From assembly GCA_964016885.1 (NCBI GenBank), contig OZ024741.1, forward strand, positions 349,990,001 to 350,054,000: a stretch of DNA of 64,000 bases, given 5' to 3'. The notes below the pieces were generated by a model. That model made no database searches and was not told the DNA's origin. It saw nothing but the letters and a program-made list of their open reading frames with translations. A program made the position numbers and the translations under genes. The stretch is from Eledone cirrhosa. Taxonomy: Eukaryota. This document shows positions 56,095 through 64,000 of the stretch, piece by piece (the stretch's first letter is position 1; the number at the start of each line of letters is the position of its first letter).

Positions 56095-56725
56095 GTAGTT
56101 TTATTTTTATTGATTGTCGGCACCACATTACGGATTACAGCTGTGTTTTTTATGTTGTTTTTATTGTATTGAGAGTACTCTTCGTAATATATGTGCTGTG
56201 TCTAGTAGTGCTATATTTTGAATGATGTATATATTTGTATATCCTGGTGTTTTGGTTATGTATTTGTCTCTGTGTGTGTTTGATCATTTTCAGAGCACAT
56301 TACACAAATTGCTTATATTTTCATCAATCACATTCTGGTAATTTCTATCTCTATATTTTTATATTTGAATTTCTCAATTTTCTTGATAGATATATTATCA
56401 TTTGTGGGGATTGATACGTCAATTAGAAGGCATTATTGTGAATTGGCAGTATCGGTAGAGGGTCGGACACCATGCTTTCCAGCATAGTTACGTCCCTTTA
56501 TGTTCTGAGTTTAAATCCCGCCACGGTTAACTTTGCTTTTCATCCTTACGGGGTCGATAAAATAAAGTACCAGTAATGCACTGTGTAATTGCTGGCCTTG
56601 TGCCAAAAGTAGAAACAATTATTAGACGGCATTCTTTTTTTCTATGATGACAATATTTAGGCAATTGGCTTTCATTTCTCTGTCTGTATGTATTGGCATA
56701 TGCCAATGATTATTTGCTTTGTCTC
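56095..56725 (-). mobile_element. Second R4/Dong-clade LINE 3' end, interrupted by a SINE
   Basis: PIHTDREMKANCLNIVII, CLLIDVSIPTNDNIS, IQNIALLDTAHILRRVLS. Confidence 0.72.
56435..56622 (+). mobile_element. CORE-type SINE inserted with a 13-bp TSD
   Basis: ATTAGAAGGCATT (56422) and ATTAGACGGCATT (56621). Confidence 0.8.
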
Positions 56726-57226
56726 TGACAACTTTTCTTCTAGTGCTTTTTAAGTGCCCAGTTCAGAATATTAAAATACATTACTGAGATCGCTAGATTA
56801 TTGATGCCTATTATATTCTTACATTTAGTGTTTTCGCAGCAAATGCTTTATCTCACATAATAATCTCACATAATATCGAATCTATGAGATTTTGATATTA
56901 TATATTTTGAGACCAATACCTTAACATCAGTATGAGCGGCCAATTACAGTCGGTTTGAATAGAAAAAGGTGAAAGAATCCTAGCCGGATACGGCCGGTTT
57001 AAATGCTAAGAAAGTCATTCGAAACTTGTTCTTGACTTCCTTTTACAAGAGAAGTCCTTGAAACTATCAGTTAAAAGGATATTGATAATATCCGCAGTCC
57101 TTGTAATGTGTCCTTTCATTGTAGGTTACGTTATATAGATGTCTATATCAAGGATTCATGCACGTCCACATACGTATTTCATCTAGCCATAAACATACAC
57201 ACGCACGCACACACGCACACACACAC

Positions 57227-57279
<53 letters not shown>

Positions 57280-57281
<2 letters not shown>

Positions 57282-57545
57282 AAAGTTCTATTTAAATTGT
57301 TGGGATACAACAAGCAAATATTTTTATAACTGATATAAAGCATTCAACAAGTATTTGTAAACTATCCGGGAGCTTCCAACAGTAATGGTTGCATTTTGTA
57401 AGGGTATGTCAATATTTATTTATAAAACTGATCTATATTATATTTTGTCTGATGAAAGCACACCATAATTTAACTTGGTGTCCTTGAAATATGTATAATG
57501 AAATAAATATGGTTTTATAAATATAGTTTCCATTTGTTAATATCG
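57280..57545 (+). mobile_element. PLE pLTR family D, hammerhead-like core at 57449
   Basis: CTGATGA AAG-CACACCA...TGGTGT-CCTT GAAATATGTA; homologous to 11666. Confidence 0.55.
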
Positions 57546-57570
57546 TATATATAGATATATTTATTTATTT

Positions 57571-57780
57571 ATTTATTAAAATAACAGATTAAAGTTTAAG
57601 CAAAGAATTGCTGCTTTCACCCTTAACCGGATCTTCCGAAGATCCCGTTAAGGGTGAATGCAGAGATTCTTTGCTTAAACTTTAATCTGTTATTTTAATA
57701 AATATTTGCTCTACGGTTCTTATATATTTGATATATATTTATCCTTATCGAGCCCTCTTTGGATTTTAGTCTTCATATTT
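57571..57780 (+). mobile_element. Fold-back element with apex at a hammerhead core
   Basis: 65-bp arms around 57636; CCGAAGA T CCC-GTTAA-GGG T GAA(A/T) GCAGAG..CTTTGC TT. Confidence 0.65.
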
Positions 57781-57788
57781 ATTATTAT

Positions 57789-57893
<105 letters not shown>

Positions 57894-58099
57894 GTTTGCA
57901 ACTGTTTTTCCCTATATATATATTACATACACAGATTCATGTATACACCTCTGTGTGTATATGTGTAGGGTGTAGAGCCGTGTTTTAATATGCACACACA
58001 CACACACACACACATATATGTGTGTGTGTGATGTGTGTGTGTACGAATACATATAGATACATATACATATGTAAACATACACATGCATACATACATACA

Positions 58100-58708
58100 T
58101 GGTGGCTGCCAAATCGTTTTCGAGTACGGCCACTACTTTATATCCATGTAGGAGAACCCCTACCGATGCGCTGAACGAGTGTGACTTTTTAGTCCAGCCA
58201 GCGGCTTGAGAACTCTGGTACAAACACTACACTTGTGACAATTATCGACACATAGTGCTTTGCCTTTGGTACCATGTGACGACAAGTGCAGAGAGATCTC
58301 CAGATATAAAGCAATGCCTGTGCCGTGAAGCTTTTATAGTGAGCAAAGGCACTGCACAAAGCCAGTCCCACTCTCTTAACCAAGATGATATTTACCAAAA
58401 AGAAGAACAAGTCAACATCATTGGATACCATCAGGGTTGCAGGTGTTATATCAGAGTTTTCCTTCTCCTAGAATTCTGCCTTGACAAAGGCTAAGGGGTC
58501 ATCTCTCCCAGTGATTTTGGATGGCCATTGACTCTTAAGAGCTCCTTTGCCCTTTGACAGGTTTTGTTTTTAGTCCTGCAGGATGTCCAAAGTCACCCTC
58601 CTCACCAAGAAACCTTGGTGGGGTTGCCAGTTTAGTCACCAACGACCCGACCATGAGACAGGTTGTACTGGGATACATGTTACCAGTAGCACCAAGTGGT
58701 GACCTGAC
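58100..58708 (-). mobile_element. Family E, full-length copy
   Basis: Reverse complement of 8369-8977; CATA-type flanks. Confidence 0.85.
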
Positions 58709-59111
58709 ATAAATATATACATACATATATATATACATACATACATACATACATACATACATACACATATACATACACACATACATTATATACATATACA
58801 TACATACACCATATATATATATATATACATACACAATATATACATATATATACATACACAATATATATACATATATACATACATAATACATATATATACA
58901 TACATACATACACCACATATATATACACATACATACATACATCATATATATATATACATACATACATACACTACATATATATACATACATTATACATACA
59001 TATACATACACTATATATATATATACATATACATACACTATACATATACATATACATACACTACATATATACATATACATACATCACATATATATACATA
59101 CATACACACAC

Positions 59112-59147
<36 letters not shown>

Positions 59148-59457
59148 ACATATATACATATACACACATACACTACATATATATATATACACAGATACAT
59201 TATATACATATATATACATAGATACATTATATATATACATATACATACATACACTACATATATATACATACATACACACACTATATATATATACATACAT
59301 ACACTACATATATATACATACATACATACATACATCATATACATATACACACACTATATATATATACATACATACATACACTATATATATATATACATAC
59401 ATACATATATACATACATACACACATACATACATACATACATACATACATACATACA

Positions 59458-59493
<36 letters not shown>

Positions 59494-59510
59494 CATACAT
59501 ATATACATAC

Positions 59511-59822
59511 AGGGTGGCTGCCAACTCGTTTTCGAGTACGGCCACTACTTTATATCCATATAGGAGAACCCCTACCGATGCGCTGAACGAGTGTGACTTT
59601 TTAGTCCAGCCAGCGACTTGAAAACTCTGGTACAAACACTACACTTGTGACAATTATTGACACATAGTGCTGGGCCCATGGTACCATGTGACGACAAGTG
59701 CAGAGAGATCTCCAGATATAAAGCAATGCCTGTACCGTGAAGCTTTTATAGTTAGCAAAGGCACTGCACAAAGCCAGTCCCACTCTCTTAACCAAGATGA
59801 TATTTACCAAAAAGAAGAACAA
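59511..59822 (-). mobile_element. Family E, 5'-truncated copy
   Basis: Same 3' half; (CATA)n flanks. Confidence 0.85.
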
Positions 59823-60456
59823 TATATACATACATACATACATATATACATGCATGCATTCATGCATGCGTACATACATACATATATACATACAAACATA
59901 CATACATACATACATACATACATACATACATACATACATACATACATACATACATACATACACAAACTTATGTAAGATTCTCTAATGGACCAAAGAGTTG
60001 AAAAAAATATAATGTCCCTCCTAAGAAACACAGACTGTGAAATAAACAAAGAAGACTATAACAAAAAAAAAGAATAAGCGCGTCAAGTGGACACAGCTTG
60101 AAAGATAACTTCCTGTGCTTCACTTCCGGTATTTGGTAGGACTTTCATTTATATTACAATCTATTCTAAGGCACACATCACGTGTATCTGACTCATCATA
60201 ATGTATGTCATTAAATCGTAATACAACAATTGTTAATAGAGAATTTATACATATTCCACTATACCCTACCACCACCACCACCACCACCACTCACATGCCA
60301 ATTGGTTTTTTTCATTCTAGTAATTATTATGAATATAGTATATGTGAACTACAAACTGTTGCAAAAAGAAAAACGTTTGTGTGTGTGAAAGAAATAAAAA
60401 GAGCGTTAGAAAAAGGGAATGTGTATATTCACACACACATGCACACAAATGCATTC

Positions 60457-60683
<227 letters not shown>

Positions 60684-60730
60684 ATATATATACATATGTG
60701 TGCGTGTATGTGTGTGTATGTGTGTATACA

Positions 60731-60793
<63 letters not shown>

Positions 60794-60811
60794 CAAAAAC
60801 CTGCCTAAATA

Positions 60812-61513
60812 TATATATCACCAAAAACGGAAATTTTCACCAGTTGCCCACACATGAAATCATACTTGCTTTCCAGCTCGTATATAAACTTAACTCACTT
60901 TCAGATACTTATCCTCCATAAACTCTTATTCTTCACTTTCCTTAAATTATTCTCTTTACAAACTTCTCTTTCTGATTTACTTTCATTTTTAACTTTATTT
61001 TTAATTTTATTTTTATTTTTACTTCACATCCACCAGTAACCCCCCTCCTACTCTTCGATTCACTTACCTAATAACTTCACATTCCACATGTTACTTCCCC
61101 ATTTTCTTTCACTACCTGATTTCCCGTCACTTGCGTTTTCCACTCCAGATATATTCTGTTGTTTCGCAGCAGTTTTTATATTAGTACTCATTTATTCATA
61201 AGGCTGCTTTATACTCTGTATCTATATGTCTGAGTGTGTTTATGTGTGTATACGTTCTGTATATGTATACGAGCGCCTCTGTATGTGTGCGTGCGTACGT
61301 GTATATATATTCGTGTGTATGTGTGTTTTTATATCTATGTTTTTACATCTATGTTTTTTCATCCTTATTTCTACGTGTGTCCGTAAGCGGGTGAATGTAC
61401 GCGAATGTGTATGTATGTATGTATATATGTATACGTATGTATGGGTGTGTATGTGTGTGTGTATATATGAAATTATAGTCGCGTACGTACGTGTGATTAG
61501 ATATACATGGGGC

Positions 61514-61545
<32 letters not shown>

Positions 61546-62290
61546 CGTGCCTCATGTGTATGTATGTATTTACGCATACATGCGCTTTTGTCTGTGCATA
61601 TTTGTGTGTATAAATATTTTTATAGATATATGTTATTTACAGATATATGTGTATGTACGTGCGTCCCTATGTTTGTTTTCTTTTCTCTAGTGTTAATTGA
61701 TTACTTTCTCTTTCATTTAAACATTTTTTCATTCTCATATACTGTTTCATTTTTATACATATATCGGGAATGACACTTCTTTTCACTATTACACTCCCTT
61801 CCCTCTTTATCTTCCGCATATAAGTGACCGGGCGTGTGTGTGTGTTTATACGCGTGCTTTCGTATGTGTATTTAATACCTGTATGTGGATGCGTGTCAAC
61901 TATATCATCATCTTCTCTTTCAACTCATATTATATACGTATTTGTGGTCACATATACACAAATATACTTGCCGTCATATATGTACTTACGCACACATTTT
62001 CACCATACACATGCATTTGTACATACACACATATGTACATTTGTGAGTGTATATACATACATATACACATACCTAACTATATTTCCTTATATTTTTTGTA
62101 TATTTTTCTATATTTTTTAATATATCTCTTGCATTACTTTTTTTTTTTTTTTTTTTTTTTTTGCATTTCTTGAGGAGACTTTCCAAATATTTCACTATGT
62201 TTTATATTACCTTGTCCGACGAACGAATGAGGACGTTTTTTTCGTATTCGTCTTATTCGGGAAACCTCTGGTAATGAGGTAATTATATTG
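60812..62290 (+). mobile_element. Probable Naiad-type PLE 3' end with long 3' UTR and hammerhead at 62210-62279
   Basis: KTEIFTSCPHMKSYLLS resembles the Naiad terminal RSEL.S.C.H..K.LL motif; hammerhead fold just before (TA)n. Confidence 0.5.
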
Positions 62291-62305
62291 TATTGTTTAT
62301 TATAC

Positions 62306-62389
<84 letters not shown>

Positions 62390-62427
62390 GTATATATATA
62401 TATTATATATATGTATATATATATATG

Positions 62428-62475
<48 letters not shown>

Positions 62476-62499
62476 TATATACATATATATATATATACA

Positions 62500-63263
62500 T
62501 GTAGTACTAACTGAAGTTGTGTCTGTGTGTGTGCGTGTCCTAATTTTGTCGAAGTCTATACAAATCCACATTTCTACTCCGATTGACTTCAAACTTGCAT
62601 TTATATGTTCCTTGCGGTCTAAAGATATTAACTCCAGCTTTTATTTTTCAATTTTCTGTTGTTAAAGGCGTTTTTTTCACTAAAACTTTAAGCCCTTTTT
62701 GTCAGTTAGTTCGTAAATTTTGTCTACAATGTTCAAGAGAGACAACTCTTTAGTATTTTGAAAGAGTTACTTCTCTTTATAGACTATATTATCCCTACTT
62801 AAACGTACATCCCTTGAAATTGTTGATGGTGACCCCAATAGTAACTCCGAAGCGTTTGGCATCCGATATAACAGTTCGGTCTATATCAGATTGGATAGAT
62901 TTTTGTAACCTTAAAAGTATCCAACTAAATTCCTTCATGCTCTCCACCACTGCAGTCCCACATGCCTACTGCTCTGTAACTATTGCTTTCAATGTACCAT
63001 AGCACAACAATACATGTTCGGTTTGTCAAATGCCTTTTTACTTAACCCTATCGTCTTGGCTTTCGTGGGTTGAACATTTTACTTTCAGGCACCCAATTAA
63101 GTTAAACCCCTGGTAATCTACGACGAATTTTTTTTATAAGCATAAAATGTAGACACCATCCCCAGGCCGAGGTATTCGTACTTCTCTGTACTGATTCAGA
63201 AAGGAGGGATAAACATGCCAATCTATGTTTAGAAGCCCGAGCAACGCCGGGCCATTCTGCTAG
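62500..63263 (+). mobile_element. Non-autonomous Helitron
   Basis: 3' hairpin GCCCG-AGCAACGC-CGGGC followed by CTAG|T; 5' boundary uncertain. Confidence 0.65.
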
Positions 63264-63289
63264 TATATATATATATATATATTTTTTTT

Positions 63290-63495
63290 TTTATTAATGT
63301 GAAATCGTGTGTTGAAACAAATATTGTTATAATATTGCCAGAAATAATAATAAAACACACTTACTGTTTGGTTTGGATTGGTTTTCGCTTCTGTATAAGA
63401 AAAAACAGTGTCTTTCAATAACCTTTCTGTTATACAGAAGCGAAAACCAATCCAAACCAAACAGTGTGTTTTATTATTATTTCTGGCAATATATA
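63290..63495. repeat. Fold-back insertion (arms at 63332-63398 and 63430-63492)
   Basis: ATATTGCCAGAAATAATAATAAAACACAC...CGCTTCTGTATAA and its reverse complement. Confidence 0.8.
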
Positions 63496-63629
63496 CAAAA
63501 CCATTTTTTTTTTCCATTTCAGATACACGCGCTTTATCATCCACTTTTCTAAAAAGCACCAACAGTTTTCCAAGAGATGGCAACATGAATGGATCTGTTA
63601 TTTTTCACTAAAAACATTTTTTTCCGATT

Positions 63630-63795
63630 CTGCCCTGCTCGTCCCTTCAATCTTTCTAACTTCTCATTCTTTCTTCTGATGAAGGTCAAGCGTACGAAAC
63701 GTTAAGACCCTCTTCCTGCTATTTCAAGCGTTAAACTAATATATTCCTTCCATATACTGTACCGATTGTGTTGTTATTCCTGTTTACTTTTTACA
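63630..63795 (+). mobile_element. PLE pLTR family C with minimal hammerhead (63672-63707)
   Basis: TCTT CTGATGA AGGTCAAGCGTAC GAAA CG TT AAGA; homologous to 29540 and 46575. Confidence 0.72.
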
Positions 63796-63828
63796 TACAT
63801 ATATATATATACGTGTGTGTGTGTGTGT

Positions 63829-64000
<172 letters not shown>

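Overview
Eukaryotic, extremely repeat-rich, AT-rich genomic DNA with no convincing host protein-coding gene. It is most likely cephalopod (Octopus-like); this is inferred from the microsatellite load and tRNA/CORE-type SINEs resembling octopus OR families. Nearly all long ORFs in the track are translations of microsatellites. Real content: (i) decayed retroelements (Tx1/L1-like 3' end, two R4/Dong-clade LINEs, RTE LINEs plus a ~610-bp RTE-derived non-autonomous family, CR1-like pieces, and many Penelope-like element (PLE) remnants including Naiad-type); (ii) DNA transposons (a full-length but inactivated IR/DR-type Tc1 DD34E, a mariner remnant, a hAT MITE with a perfect 8-bp TSD, a non-autonomous Helitron); (iii) clustered SINEs; (iv) a U6 snRNA pseudogene; (v) a 5.7-kb 32-bp satellite and other minisatellites. 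The most striking unexplained pattern is more than 10 short fold-back (hairpin) insertions from unrelated sequence families. Most sit in or beside (TA)n tracts with a short-arm/long-arm geometry, and several carry hammerhead-ribozyme cores with the hairpin apex inside the ribozyme. They occur alongside about 15 hammerhead motifs and candidate HDV-like ribozymes at the 5' ends of the RTE-derived elements. Each retroelement family also appears associated with its own microsatellite. Coordinates were read by eye and may be off by a few bases.
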